A DNA stretch of 64,000 nt from the human T2T-CHM13v2.0 reference genome, Homo sapiens: NCBI RefSeq assembly GCF_009914755.1, contig NC_060939.1; one strand, written 5' to 3'. A program made the translations under genes and the position numbers. Positions within the stretch are counted from its first letter, which is position 1. Each line of letters starts with the position of its first letter. The notes below the pieces were generated by a model. The model did not search any database, had not been told where the DNA came from, and was given only the letters and a program-made list of their open reading frames with translations. Below, piece after piece: positions 1 through 12,699 of this stretch.

Positions 1-29
1 CCTTAGGTAGCTTGTTAAGCCAAGCAACA

Positions 30-240
30 GTAATCATGATAACACCTAGCACTTAGTAAGAGCTTACTGTGACCTGCACTATTCTAGCCTTGAGATGTAG
101 GTATGATGACTAGTTCCCTCTTATAGATGTGGGAAACTGAGGCACAGAATGAGTTAGTGACACTCACCCAAGGTCACAGAGCCACTCAGTGGTGGAGCCA
201 GGGTTTGGACGCTGGAAGTCTGGCTCCAGAGCCCTTGCTT
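30..240 (-). mobile_element. MIR SINE
   Basis: GAAACTGAGGCACAGA...AAGGTCACA...GGAGCCAGGGTTT = reverse complement of the MIR core. Confidence 0.85.
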
Positions 241-397
241 GTTAGTACATGTGGCTTGGTATACAGTACCCAGTCTGTTACTGTGCATAAAAATTGAATG
301 TCTGATGAACTATGAAGAGTGACGACTAATCCTGCATGTCTTCCAGTGATGCATCTTTCTCTTCCCAATAATACCACTGAAATTGTCATTTTCCTCT

Positions 398-881
398 TGT
401 AGTTGGAACTGATCCAATTGTCCCATAGAGGTGATGTTTACAGTTTCTTTGAATAAACATAGAAATTAATGCTTCCAGTCTTAAAACTTGAGAAAGCTAC
501 ATTTGTCTTATCTAAGTTCCTTTTTCAGGAAACCAACCATCAGGCCTCCCAGATAGTATCAAGGAGCTGAAATTCACCGGATCACTGTCAGACCACTCAC
601 CCATCATGACTGCCTAACTGCCCACCTGCTTCCTGTCGACCAACTTCTCTTCCTTACCCCTCCCTAATTCCTGTTTTCCTACACATGGTTACATTGCTTC
701 CCTGCTATATAAACCCCTAACTTTAGTCAGCCTGGGAGATGGATTTGAAACTGAGCTACCATCTCCTCGGCCGCAGCACCCAGTCAAAGCCTTCTTCCTT
801 GGCAATATTTATTGTCTCAGTGGTTGGCTTTCTGTGTAGCAAGCAGCAGCACCTAGACCAAACTCTGGTGTTTCAGTGACA
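398..881 (+). mobile_element. Solo ERV1 LTR, MER39/MER39B-like
   Basis: TG...CA termini; TATATAAA box near 707; GGAGATGGATTTGAAACTGA and 3' end GGTGTTTCAGTGACA match recalled MER39 consensus. Confidence 0.8.
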
Positions 882-1115
882 TAGGGAGCTTATACAGTTG
901 AACTTAAGTTAGGTGTTCATCCGATGTGATTCCACTGTGTGTGATGTGATTTTATTCAGTCGGGAATAATAGAATAGAAGTGGAGACTGCCTAGCAAGAG
1001 CTACATCCTTTTTCAAATTGAGACAGTGCATGAGCAAAACCTAAACCTGGGATCAGAGACATAAAACATTTATGCCTGCCAAGAACAACCAAAGATACAT
1101 TTAAGAACTTCTTCC

Positions 1116-1432
<317 letters not shown>

Positions 1433-3239
1433 TTAAATAGCTAATTAATTCTACAAAAAGGCTTGTTGGTCAATGGGAAAGATATGCTGTGATTCTGGAA
1501 CATTTCTGGGAGAGAATGGGGTGGCATCTCCTCTAACAGATTCACCACACAGCAGTGCCATACCCTTCGGCCTTAAAGGCACACAGTCCTGATTTTGTCG
1601 GCCCTCATATTTTGTCTACCAAGGGCCAGCTCACCATAATTAAATTAATAGAGACTAATATATAAGCCAATGCCTATGAATTAATGGCCTTGGTTTGACT
1701 GGACTATTTCTTGGTCATAGCCAGCAGATTCCCACCACTTAGGAAAGAATAGTAAATCAAATTACAATCAGAAAGGGGCTTGAAGAACATTAAATCAGAA
1801 CCACAACATGTACTAGATCTGAAGACTGCAGCACTGATGAAGTGCTTGAGGGACTTTTCTCCATCATGCAAATAACTTTACCAAAGAATATCACCTTAAA
1901 CTCCTGCCTCCCAGTCCACAGCCTGACCACCCTGAGACCTGATTTCCTCCCTGCTGTATATATCATCCCCATCAATCACCAGAGTGGAAATAACTTGCAT
2001 ACAAAGCTTTAATACCTACTGGGGTTGCAAATATACTCACACTACATTCAGATGTGCAGACAAAATGTGCTTAATATACTTTCTTCCTGGATAGCAGAAA
2101 AACATACATGTGCCAATTAAGCATTCTTCTGTCTCTTCAGGTTCGAATAATCTACTTTTGTTTAAATAGCCAGTCTATGCAAAGTTCAGCCCTCAAGCAA
2201 GGAGGCTTTTTTGCCGTCTCCCTTGGCAAATGTTCATCCTCTTCCCTAAGATGGTGCCAGAAGGTGCCAGAAGGTGTGAGGGGAGCTCACTGTGTCTTCC
2301 CAGGCATGGAGATGGAAGGAGGAGAGAAGGTCCTTGGATCTATGGCGTCCTCTGGATCTTCCTTGGTCTCTGCTACTGAGTGGCTGGACAGCTGATCATC
2401 ATCATATCCGTGGTCTCCAGAGTGTGGCTTTTTGTCCTCAACACGAGGAACCTCCCCTCAAGAGTCCATGGTTAGGGCCAACTACCACCAGGCTCAAAGG
2501 CCCAGCCACAGGCCTACACCTTCCACCACTGGGGAACAAGGATCTTTGCATCCCACACTCCACCACGTTCAAGCCAACCTCACTGATCTAGCCCGCTCCT
2601 GCCAACACTGCTGTACTATCAACATGTGTCATGTCGGAGTGACAGAGGACAGGCATTTTCTTAGAAGACAAGGCAGGCAAGCATGCGAGTGGTCCCATCT
2701 TTTGGGAGACCTCCCCTGTACCTCTCCGGATGTTTCCAAAGCACTGCTGCCACTCCCCAGAGGTCGTTCTCTGACTCTATCCTTCTTTACCACATGCTTC
2801 ACTAAGCCAGAAGAGCCAAGCTCGGGCTTTCCCACCTCTAGGGCCATGAAACTCATGCCCCAGCCTTCATAAGTGAAGGAGGCCCTTCCTCACAGTATAG
2901 GAAAACTATGCGACCTGAGGCATCCAAACTTGGTGCTAATTCCACTTAAGAATTTGAAAAAGCCTTTTTCCTCCAACAACGCCAAGAGCAGCAAACCCAA
3001 ATCTAATGTGAAGCGCAAATCTGAGCAGCGACGTATTCTAATAGGGACCCACGCTTCCCCTGCACACCTGAGAGCCGTTGCTCAGCATGTAGGAAGAACA
3101 GTATTACAGAATAAGAAATTACAAAATATAGAATAAGAAAACTGTTCCACATTCAGCAGTGGCGTGTTTGGTAGTGCCTGCAGCTTGGATCTTTAGAAGT
3201 CTAGCATAATTAGACCATAATGCAAGGTGAGACTATTAG

Positions 3240-3440
3240 GGGGTTTTCTGGAGCCCTTGCCATATGCCAGGTACTAAATGAGGTTATTCGTATCATTTCA
3301 TTTAACTCATCAACAACCCTAAAAGGTAGATATTATTATTACCCATTTTATGAATGAGGAGACTGGGAGCTCGCCCAAAATCTTACCTTTTAGAAAGTGG
3401 TAGTGCTTTGTGAGCCCAGGTCTGTCTGTGTCTGACCCAT
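3240..3440 (-). mobile_element. MIR SINE
   Basis: ATTATTATTACCCATTTTATGAATGAGGAGACTG reverse MIR core. Confidence 0.75.
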
Positions 3441-4497
3441 GTGCTCTTGCCACCACGTGAAGATGCCTTTTCATGGGATCATCCTCTCTTTCCTTCGAGT
3501 TCCCAATAACCAAACAACTAATAAACGAATCAAGGCCGACTGCATTTGAACTTCTGACTGTTTTCCAACCAATCTGACAGAGAACCAATTTAAATACAAC
3601 ACGCCCTGGGCAAATGTTTCAGATCAGCACAGGCAGTCACTGCCTATGCCCTGCACGTCTGTCTCCACTGCTGTGCCAATGGGCTGGGGGCACCCCGCAG
3701 GGCTGACTTCCATGAGCTGGAAGGAGGAGAACTCACGGAGTTATTTGTCATGCTTTCCTTACCGTGCAGTGCACACAAGCATGATTTACGAAAGCCCGTA
3801 ATTAACATGTTCATTCTGAAAGAACAAATTCTACACCCTGAGAATATGGAGCTCCCACAACACATCAAGATAATCCAGGGGACACTGGAAAGCTCACCAT
3901 AAGGAAGAGGAAAATGAAATGGGGCTGGAGAGTTCTGATTGGCCCCAGGCCAGGGAAACCCTCAGGTTGGAGCAGGTGCCGTCAGAGGCCCAGTTGCAGA
4001 GATGACTGCCCAGGATACCAGGCTCAGTGTGGGACTTGGAGCAGCAAGGGCCAAAATACGTGCAGCAGCCAAGATGGATCCAGACTGGGCAGAGGAGCTG
4101 GGAAGAATACAGGCAGGGGCAGCAGGAGGTGGGCCTCAGAAAACCACCCTAGGATGGCCTGTGACCTGCAAGCATAGGCAGAAACAAATGCACTGGAGAC
4201 GGGGATGGAAACATTGGCTCTCTAGTCAGCCACAGAGGAAGAGAAGCTCTCCATGCCCATTCCCCCTTCCCCATGGCCAGGGTCTCTACCCCTGTCCCAG
4301 GATCCAGGGCCTGCGGAGGGAGTCTACACTCCCCACATCCAGGATAAAGAAGCCAGACAACCGGGCCCTGCATCTTCCCAGGACATCTTTGGGTGACAAG
4401 TCTGGGAAAATGCTCCCCATGTCATTCCTAGATCCCTTTAGCCAGCTTGCTTTTACAGAGGACCAGTCCCCCCGTACGTCAAGAATAGCAGCAGCTC

Positions 4498-4942
4498 TGT
4501 TTTCGCTTCTTGTGGTTGCTATAACAAAGTACCCCAAGCTGGGTGGCTTAAAACAACACATTTATTCTCTTCCAGTTCTGGAAGTCAGTTGTCCAGAAGG
4601 AGTCTTGTGGGGCTAAAATCAACATATAAGCAGAGTCATGTTCCTATTTGGAGGTTCTAGGGGAGAATCTGTGTCCTTGACTTTTCCAGCGTCCAGAGGC
4701 CTTCTGGCTCCCTTGGCTTGTGGCCCCTTCCACCCTCTTCAAAGCCAGCTTCCTGACTCCCGTTTATAAAGACCTTTGTGATTACATTGGACCCACCCAT
4801 ATAATCCAAGATAATCTCCCCATCTCAAGATTCTTAACTGAATCACATCTACAAGGTCCCTTTTGCCATGTAAGGTAATTACACTCACAGGTTCTGGAAA
4901 TTAGGATGTGGACATCTTTGGGAGGTGTTATTCATCCTACCA
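4498..4942 (-). mobile_element. MaLR LTR, MLT1D/C-like
   Basis: GATAATCTCCCCATCTCAAGAT, CCCTTTTGCCATGTAAGGTAA, GGATGTGGACATCTTTGGG are the reverse of the MLT1D 5' part. Confidence 0.85.
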
Positions 4943-5127
4943 GATGCTCTTAAAATTTCTTTTCTATTATTTTGTTAATTTTTCTTCTATCTGCAAGGTC
5001 CCTTTTACCATGTAAGGTAATTATATTCACAGGTTCTGGGAATTAGGATGTGGACATCCTTGGGAGGCATTATTCATCCTACCAGATGCTGTTACGATTT
5101 CTTTTCTATTTTGTTAATTTTTTCTTC
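4847..5127. repeat. Tandem duplication, about 142-bp period, two copies
   Basis: ATCT(A/G)CAAGGTCCCTTTT...CATCCTACCAGATGCT...TTGTTAATTTTTCTTC at 4847-4987 and 4989-5127. Confidence 0.95.
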
Positions 5128-5174
5128 AATACAGCAGGTACAGTCAAGTGCCTAAATCTTTACTGTGAAGCTCC

Positions 5175-5760
5175 ATCACTGTCCATATTTCCCTGTGGGG
5201 AGGAGCCTCTGAGACAGAGATTTGCCTTCTGGTGGTTGACGGGGGAGTGCTCCCAGATTGACATCTGGCTGACTTCACAAGAGTACAACCTGTGCCACAG
5301 TCCTGGGTCGTGCACGTAGAAGGGCCCTCACTTCACCTAGAGCTCTGTTGTCAACATTTTGGAATTCTTCAGAATGTATGAATGGAGGCCCACATTTTTA
5401 TTTTGCATTGAGCTCTGCAAAGCAGGTAGCCAACCTTACCTATTAGGCAATAAAGCAGCAACACACGACAGAGAGAAGAGCTGGGCTGCAATGCAGTCAT
5501 GAGAAAGGCTTCAACTGATCCTGTAAGAGCTCCAGAACTGGGATGGCCCTGGAGAGGTGCCTTAACTGGCACAGGCTCAGGTCTTTACCTCCAAAGGTTA
5601 AGTCTCTGCATGCTGGCTATTCTCGGGGAGGAACATAACCAAGGGCAATTCCTAGAGATGAACTCAGTCGAGAGCCCTGTGATGTCAACATTCCCAGCGG
5701 TGGAGGCATGAGTGCCCGGGTCCTACAGGGGTAGACTGAGTAGCATGCACAGCATCCAGT
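5175..5760 (-). mobile_element. ERVL LTR16-family (LTR16C-like), interrupted by MER91
   Basis: CTCTGAGACAGAGATTTGC...GGGAGTGCTC, GAGCTCCAGAACTGGGATGGCCC, GGGCAATTCC, CAGCATCCAGTA match reverse LTR16. Confidence 0.65.
5269..5438. mobile_element. MER91-like hAT DNA transposon fossil
   Basis: AGAAGGGCCC...CATTTTTATTTTGCATTGAGCTCTGCAAA...GTAGCC resembles recalled MER91. Confidence 0.55.
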
Positions 5761-5823
5761 ATGAGCTCAATGAATACTAACTCACATCTCCATCTATGTA
5801 ATCACCACATATAGAATAGTTTT

Positions 5824-6119
5824 GGCCGGGCGCAGTGGCTCACGCCTGTAATCCCAACACTTTGGGAGGCCAACGTGGGCGGATCACGAGGTCAGGAGTT
5901 CAAGACCTGCCTGAACAACATGATAAGACCCCCGTCTCTACTAAAAATACAAAAATTAGCTGGGCGTGGTGGCACGCGCCTGTAGTCCCAGCTACTCAGG
6001 AGACTGAGGCAGGAGAATCACTTGAACCTGGGAGCGAAGGTTGCAGTGAGCTGAGATCGCACCACTACACTCCAGCCTGGGTGACAGAGCAAGACGCCAT
6101 ATCAAAAAAAAAAAAAAAA
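5824..6119 (+). mobile_element. AluS (Sg-like)
   Basis: Full dimer; GGATCACGAGGTCAGGAGTTC; degenerate TSD AGAATA(G/C)TTT. Confidence 0.95.
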
Positions 6120-6525
6120 GAATACTTTCAGCACCCAACAGGCTCCTTGTGCTCCATCCTGGTCCACAACTGTCCTCACAGAGATAAATACTGATCCAGT
6201 TTCTATCATCATACATCAGCCGTGCAGTTCTTGAACCTCACATCAATGGATTCTTTTGGATCTTGCTTGTTTTACCCATTCATGCATGCTCTGGTATATT
6301 TCAGTAATTCTTGTTGTTTTGCTATATAATATTTATCCATTCTCCTGAGGATAGACCTTTGGGATATCTCCAATTGTAGATGAATATCAGAAAAGCAGCT
6401 GTGAGCACTCTTGTACCTGCCTGTCAGTCATTTCTCTTGGGTGTAGACGTAGGAATGGGAATTGTTGCATTATAGGGTAAGCGTGTGATTAGCTTTACTG
6501 GATACAGCCAACCTGTTTTCCAATT
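6120..6525 (-). mobile_element. Old L1 (L1ME-like) 3' fragment
   Basis: TTTATCCATTCTCCTGAGGATAGACCTTTGGG...TTTCTCTTGGGTGTAGACGTAGGAATGGGAATTG reverse L1 3' region; continues left of the Alu. Confidence 0.65.
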
Positions 6526-6959
6526 CAAAGTCCTACACACTTTTATTTTAAGTAGATTCTGGCTAGATAGAAAAGCAACTTAGAAAAAACATAATTGATT
6601 AATGCAGAGGAAAAAGCCACCATCAGTCCACATATATAACCACGATAGATGTGAGTTTAGCTGCAGTTTATAGGCTTATACAAATTTTTTTGGCTGATTG
6701 GGACACCTGGGAAGATGGGATGGTCTACCCTAAATATTCTCTGAATAGAGCATGTATTCAGCACTAGAGGCCTCAGACACTCTCCTGTTGATAGATTTCT
6801 ATTGAAGGCTCAGGAAAATCCCAGGAAAGGGCAAAGGGCTGGACTTTTGTTCAAGGTACCCTTAATAAACATGCTTGGATTGAACTGATCCACACAATGA
6901 GAACTGTGTTAACAAATCAGGAGGGGTCTGGGGGGACCTCTTTGCTCTCTGTAGACAAT

Positions 6960-7165
6960 AGAATGGCTGAGAACTGGGCCTGCGACTGATAACACTCGTC
7001 TCTTCACAAGAGGCGTGGATGTGGCCTAAGTTTACTCTTCTGTAAAATTGGAATAGGAAAAGCCCCTTCACAAGATTTTAGTGAAGATTCAATGAAATAT
7101 TGTTTATGAAAGGGCTTACAAATGATAAAGTGCAACATAAATCCCAAGTGTTTATGATTAGCTAT
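6960..7165 (+). mobile_element. MIR/MIR3 SINE
   Basis: CTGTAAAATTGGAATA...GTGAAGATTCAATGAAAT. Confidence 0.6.
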
Positions 7166-7528
7166 TTTCCTGTGCCACTTTTCCTAACAGAGGCTAGGTG
7201 CCAGGTGCACAACACGAGGTCCTAAGAAACGCAGGTGGTCCCTGGACTCCAGGAGATGAAAATACAGTGCAAAAGCCATTCTCCACCCCTTGCAATGGTT
7301 TTGTTGAAAAAGTTTATTCCAAATAAATTCTTTAAAAGTTTTCTTCCATGAAAATGCATTCTTCCCACTGAAATAATCTTATAAATCCCATTTGGGTGCC
7401 CAGAGGAGTCACACAATATAACACACCTTTCTCCTGGCTTACAGATTCTCATGTAACATACAATAACAACAGTGTCAATTGTGTATTTCTCCAACTCAAA
7501 GGTCACATTATAAGTATAGGGTAAGAGG

Positions 7529-7810
7529 GGCCAGATGCGGTGGCTCACACCTGTAATCCCAGGACTTTGGGAGGCCGAGGTGGGTGCATCATTTGAGGTC
7601 AGGAGTTCGAGACCAGCTGGGCCAACATGATGAAACCCTGCCTCTACTAAAAATACAAAAAATAGCTGGGCGTGGTGACGCACACCTGTAATTCCAGCTA
7701 CTCAGGAGGCTGAGGCAGGTGAATCACTTGAACCCAGGCGGCAGAGGTTGCAGTGAGCCAAGATGGCACCACTGCACTCCAACCTGGGTGACAGAGGGAG
7801 ACTCCATCTC

Positions 7811-7836
<26 letters not shown>
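7529..7836 (+). mobile_element. AluS (Sx/Sz-like)
   Basis: Full dimer, long A-tail; 17-bp TSD AAGTATAGGGTAAGAGG at 7512-7528 and 7837-7853. Confidence 0.97.
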
Positions 7837-7841
<5 letters not shown>

Positions 7842-9117
7842 TAGGGTAAGAGGGAAGGGAACACTGGAGGCAGAAAGAGCAGCAGACAGAAAAAAAAATG
7901 ATAATGCAGGGCTGACAGAACTGACAAAGATGTTCAGGAAAGCAGCATGGAGATGTTTCGTGTGAGAACATCTGGATAATGCCGGAAGAAATTGCAATGC
8001 CCTACCACTCAGGTTCATGACAACTTTGAGTCATGAAGAAAACATGACGTCATATTCATTTCATGAAGTGGTGGAAAATGTATCACCCTTATTGGGAAAT
8101 CTTTTCATCCAAAATACTTTGTAAAATATTTAAAGCAAAAACAAACAAACAAACAAACAAAAATCTATAAGAGGTTTAAATACAATATATTTACTGAATA
8201 TAGGGTGACTTGAAAAGTCCATTGCTGTGGCATAAACATCTCATCACCTAAATACAGCAACACTAAATAAAAATAGTTCTGGGAACACAGCTCAGATTAT
8301 GTATGCCTTTAATCACATTTTCTACTATTTCCCAAAGTGATAAGGAAGAAACTGATCAGAAATTCTTCATGTGAGAAAAATACAGACAAAATGAGTCCAA
8401 TCACATGCAGAGGTTCTTTCACTTCCTACATTATTTACTGAGGCATAAATATATTATGCATTTTATGCTGTTATCTTAATTCTTGAAACTTAGAAAGAAA
8501 AGAATTTGAAGCTTTTCCATATAGAGGAGACAGAAAAACATACACAGTAATAACCATAAATTTTGAAGCATGTGGATAAATGGAATGCTGATGCATTGAA
8601 ATAAAAATCTACAATAATGTGACATTAAAACAAATACACCCTCCTACACAATAGAACCGGGGTCTCAGGGTTCCATTCATGTGAAAGGATCAGCAGATTT
8701 CTGCTCCATAATAATAACTGTTATTATTATTTATTAAGCGCCCAACACATAGTGGATGCCTGAGGCACCATCCATAAATGAAAAAGATTCTTTTTTTAAA
8801 AAGTCAGTGCTTGAAGGCCTTATGAAATAAGAGGATTCTATATCCAATATAGGAAAGATTGTAATGGAAGCAATGTGCTTTTCCCATGTGTTTCATTTTA
8901 TGGCTCCAATCAAAACCAAGGAAGATTTTGTCCTTCTGGCCTTGAGAAAAAGCATCCATCATGAATGCCTACAGGAACACAAGACTATAGGGGAGTTATC
9001 ATCAACCCACTGGAGCTTTGAATATACATGTAAGCTCCACCCTCATTTATAACAAGTACCTATTCACAATAGTAAATATTAAGAATGAATCACATATCAA
9101 AAACACAGCTGAATACT

Positions 9118-9398
9118 GGCTGGGCGTGGTGGCTCACACCTGTAATCCACACTTTGGGAGGCCAAGGCAGGTGGATCACTTGAGGTCAGGAGTTCGAGAC
9201 CAGCCTGGCCAACATGGTGAAACCCCGTCTCTACTTAAAAAATACAAAAAATTAACTGGGCATGGTAGCAAGTACCTGTAATCCCAGCTACTCAGGAGGC
9301 TGAGGCAGGAGTGAATCTGGGAGGTCGAGGTTGCAGTGAGCCGAGATCATGCCACTGCACTCCAGCCTGGGTGACAGAGTGAGACCCTGTCTCAAAAA

Positions 9399-9416
<18 letters not shown>
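9118..9416 (+). mobile_element. Alu (S/J type) followed by (TA)n(CA)n
   Basis: Full dimer; A-tail runs into TA and CA microsatellite to about 9450. Confidence 0.95.
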
Positions 9417-9450
<34 letters not shown>

Positions 9451-9627
9451 AATAAAGACTCCACTGATTTTTTAAAATCAGAACAATGTGCTAATATTTT
9501 AGCTGGGTCTATATAACTAAAACAGGTCATCAGTTTGGTCAATTCAACTGAGTAACCAATCAAGTTAACAAATATATCAATTCTAGCTTGCTTTTTAGAT
9601 GAAAAAGATCTGGCAGCATGCAAGAAA

Positions 9628-9870
9628 GATGGATGGATGGCGGATGGATGGATGGATGGATGGATGGATGGTGGCTGGGTGGATGGATGGATGGATGGAT
9701 TGATGGATAGTGGATGGATGGAGGATGGATGGGTGATGGATGGATGGATGGATGGATGGATGGATGGATGGTGGATGAATGGATGGATGGTGGATGGATG
9801 GATGGATGGATGGATGGATGGATGGATAGATGGATGGATGGGTGGATGGGTGGGAGGTGGGTGGATGGAT
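9628..9870. repeat. (GGAT)n tetranucleotide simple repeat, imperfect
   Basis: Directly visible, about 240 bp. Confidence 0.98.
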
Positions 9871-10405
9871 ATGCGAATTGAGAACAACAGAGAAAGAGAG
9901 AGAAGGTGAGAGAGGAATTCTTGCTGATATGATCTGTTTCAAACCCCTTCCTAACTATAGGCTCCAGATTTTAGTTATCTTCAGTAGGACTCATGTCAGC
10001 CCCAGCTGAGCTCCATTTCTGGGAAATGTCATCTTTCTGGCTTTCCCCCCATGGTCAAAAGCCATTTAGGATGCTGTGATTATGTGCTTGTCTTGAATTC
10101 TCCTAAAGGAAAATGATTTTGTTCAATTTCGTGAATGCAGAGTGCATCAACTTTGCCAACTATTTGGAAGTGAAGAACAATATAATGTGGAAATAGTGAG
10201 ATACCCTAAAATTTGATTAAATGCACGTATACTGGATGACCTCAAACATCTCTTCAAGCAACCTATCTAAGGGATATACTGTAAGCTGGTGATGGATGGG
10301 TATTTGAGAAGCCCCAGAGTACTAAACAAAAGATGAGTACATACCTAATGCCAAAGTCCAGCTATGGAAACATGTAGAAGACATGCCATAAAATAATGTG
10401 AACAT

Positions 10406-10714
<309 letters not shown>

Positions 10715-10749
10715 TTATTTCCTCCTTGTATAGTGAACTAATTATCTCA

Positions 10750-10870
10750 CAAAGTATCATTATTATTCTCATCTCACAAATGAGGAAACTGAGGTAAAGA
10801 GGTTAGTTAACTTCCCCAAGAATACACAGGCAAATAAGAGCTGGAGCCAAGATTCAAACCTAAGCTGTCA
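10750..10870 (-). mobile_element. MIR SINE
   Basis: ACAAATGAGGAAACTGAGG...GGAGCCAAGATTCAAACC. Confidence 0.8.
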
Positions 10871-11482
10871 TCAGGGTCTACACATCACCTCACTAACAAA
10901 GAGGCAGTGCCATTAGAAGATACATAGGCAGCCTAGCAGGTAGAACAAGGGACATCAGGGGGTCCTGGGCAGTGCCCGTGGAGCACTGATGAGAGAGACC
11001 TCACAGGGGAGAGGTCTCCTGACCAACAACAATCCCGCCTCACGGATCCTGCTGAAACTTCCCATCACCCTCCCTGTCCTCTTGCCCACCCCAATCTACC
11101 CTGGAAACTGTGCCCCCACAAATCATTCCAGAATACCTGCACACCAAGTCACTCTCTTGTTCTGGAATCTACAATGGATGCTGGGATCTAAAATGAATCT
11201 AATTCAGTCTTTATCCTGATGCTGAAGGATGTCTCCTGCATGCTCAGCTTTCTCCCAGACACCCAGCCTCATCTGCCTCTGCCACCCCTGCTGCCCCCAG
11301 ACTCATTCTCCCCTCACTACCAGGATGCCCTCCTCCCTCCCCCGAGCCCATCAGACACTCCCAGCCCTTCCAGCTCACCTCTACTCCAACTTCCTTCTTG
11401 GTGATGTGCCCCTTTCTGACCTCTCCTGACACTGACTTTGGCATTTGAATTCCTTGGTACGTTCACTTAATGCACTATGGTT

Positions 11483-11861
11483 GGTATTTTAGTCCATCCG
11501 GGCTGCTATAACAAAACACCATAGACTGAATGGCTTATAAACTGTGGACATCTATTTCTCACAGTTCTGGAGGCTGGAACGTCCGAGATCAAGACATCAT
11601 TATGGCTGGGTTTTGGTGAAGTCTCTCTCCTTGGGTTGCAGACAGCTGCCTTCTCACTGTGCTCACATGGTGGAAGGAGAGAGAGGGCGATCTCTGGTGT
11701 CTCTTTTTATAACAACACTAATCCCATTATGAAGATTCCACCCTTGTGACCTAACTGCCTCCGAAAGGCCCCCAACTCCAAATATCATCACTTGGGTGTG
11801 ATTATTTTAACATTTGTAATGGGGTAGGGGGACAATGGTACAAAAACATACAGACCATAGA
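11483..11861 (-). mobile_element. MaLR LTR, MLT1A-like
   Basis: GGGCTGCTATAACAAAACACCATAGACTG...TTTCTCACAGTTCTGGAGGCTGGAA...CAGACCATAG. Confidence 0.85.
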
Positions 11862-11898
11862 AACTGGAAATCTTCCAATTCAGGGTCTAAAGTGGACA

Positions 11899-12436
11899 TG
11901 CTTTTCATTAGTGCTGAGTAACAAACTACCCCCAAAATTTAGTAGCTTAAAACCATGATAATTATTTACTTTGCTCACAAATCTGCAATTTGGGAAGGAT
12001 TTAGCTGGGTTGTCTCTTCTCTGCTCCACGAAGCAAGAACTGAGGCAGCTTTGGAAAGGATGCACTTTCAGGACAGCTCACTCACACAGGCGTTGTGGTA
12101 AAGCTGCATGCCAGCTGGGAGCTCAGCCAGGGATGTCGGCCAGGGGCCTTATTTCCTCCGCACATGAGCCTATCCATGGGCTACGTGGGCTTCCTCACAG
12201 CAGGCCATGCTGACTGGATTCCAAAAGCAAGCACCTCAAAAGGACGAGTTTGTAAGCTGTGTCACCATTTATGTCCCAGCCTCAGAGGTCACACAGCATC
12301 TCTCCCACCATAATCACGAGCCCACCTACATGCAAGGGGAAGGAATATAGACCCCATCTCTTATTGGGAAGAGTGTCAACATTACATCGCAAGAAGAGCA
12401 GGTTACAGCCATTTTTGGAGAATACAACCAGCCACG
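11899..12436 (-). mobile_element. MaLR LTR, MLT1G/H-like
   Basis: GTAACAAACTACCCCCAAAATTTAGTAGCTTAAAAC...CTCAGAGGTCACACAGCATC...CAAGGGGAAGGAATATAGACCCCATCTC. Confidence 0.75.
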
Positions 12437-12469
12437 GTTAGGCCCGGAGATCAACAAGGACACCCAAGC

Positions 12470-12633
12470 AACAGACTCAGCTACTGCTTCATGGAGCAAA
12501 CAGAATGAATTCTTCCCAAACCAGCTGAATTCTTCCCAAATTGCAGGTTTGTGAGCAAAATTAATAATTATTGTGGTTTTAAGCTACTAAATTGGGGGTA
12601 GTTTGTTACTCAGCAATAATAACCAGCATGTCC
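12470..12633 (+). mobile_element. Inverted partial copy of the same MLT1G/H-like 3' end
   Basis: Reverse complement closely matches 11894-12050. Confidence 0.85.
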
Positions 12634-12699
12634 TCACAGTGCTCATGGATTTGGAGAGGAGAAAGATAGCTAAACTGATATAGCCAGTATGAGATAGTG

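Noticed and set aside
3939-4616. Longest ORF (225 aa, +)
   Set aside because: Non-ATG start, no recognisable domain, C-terminus is antisense MLT1 LTR
9288-9942. ORFs rich in IHPS / MDGW repeats
   Set aside because: Translations of the (GGAT)n simple repeat and adjacent Alu
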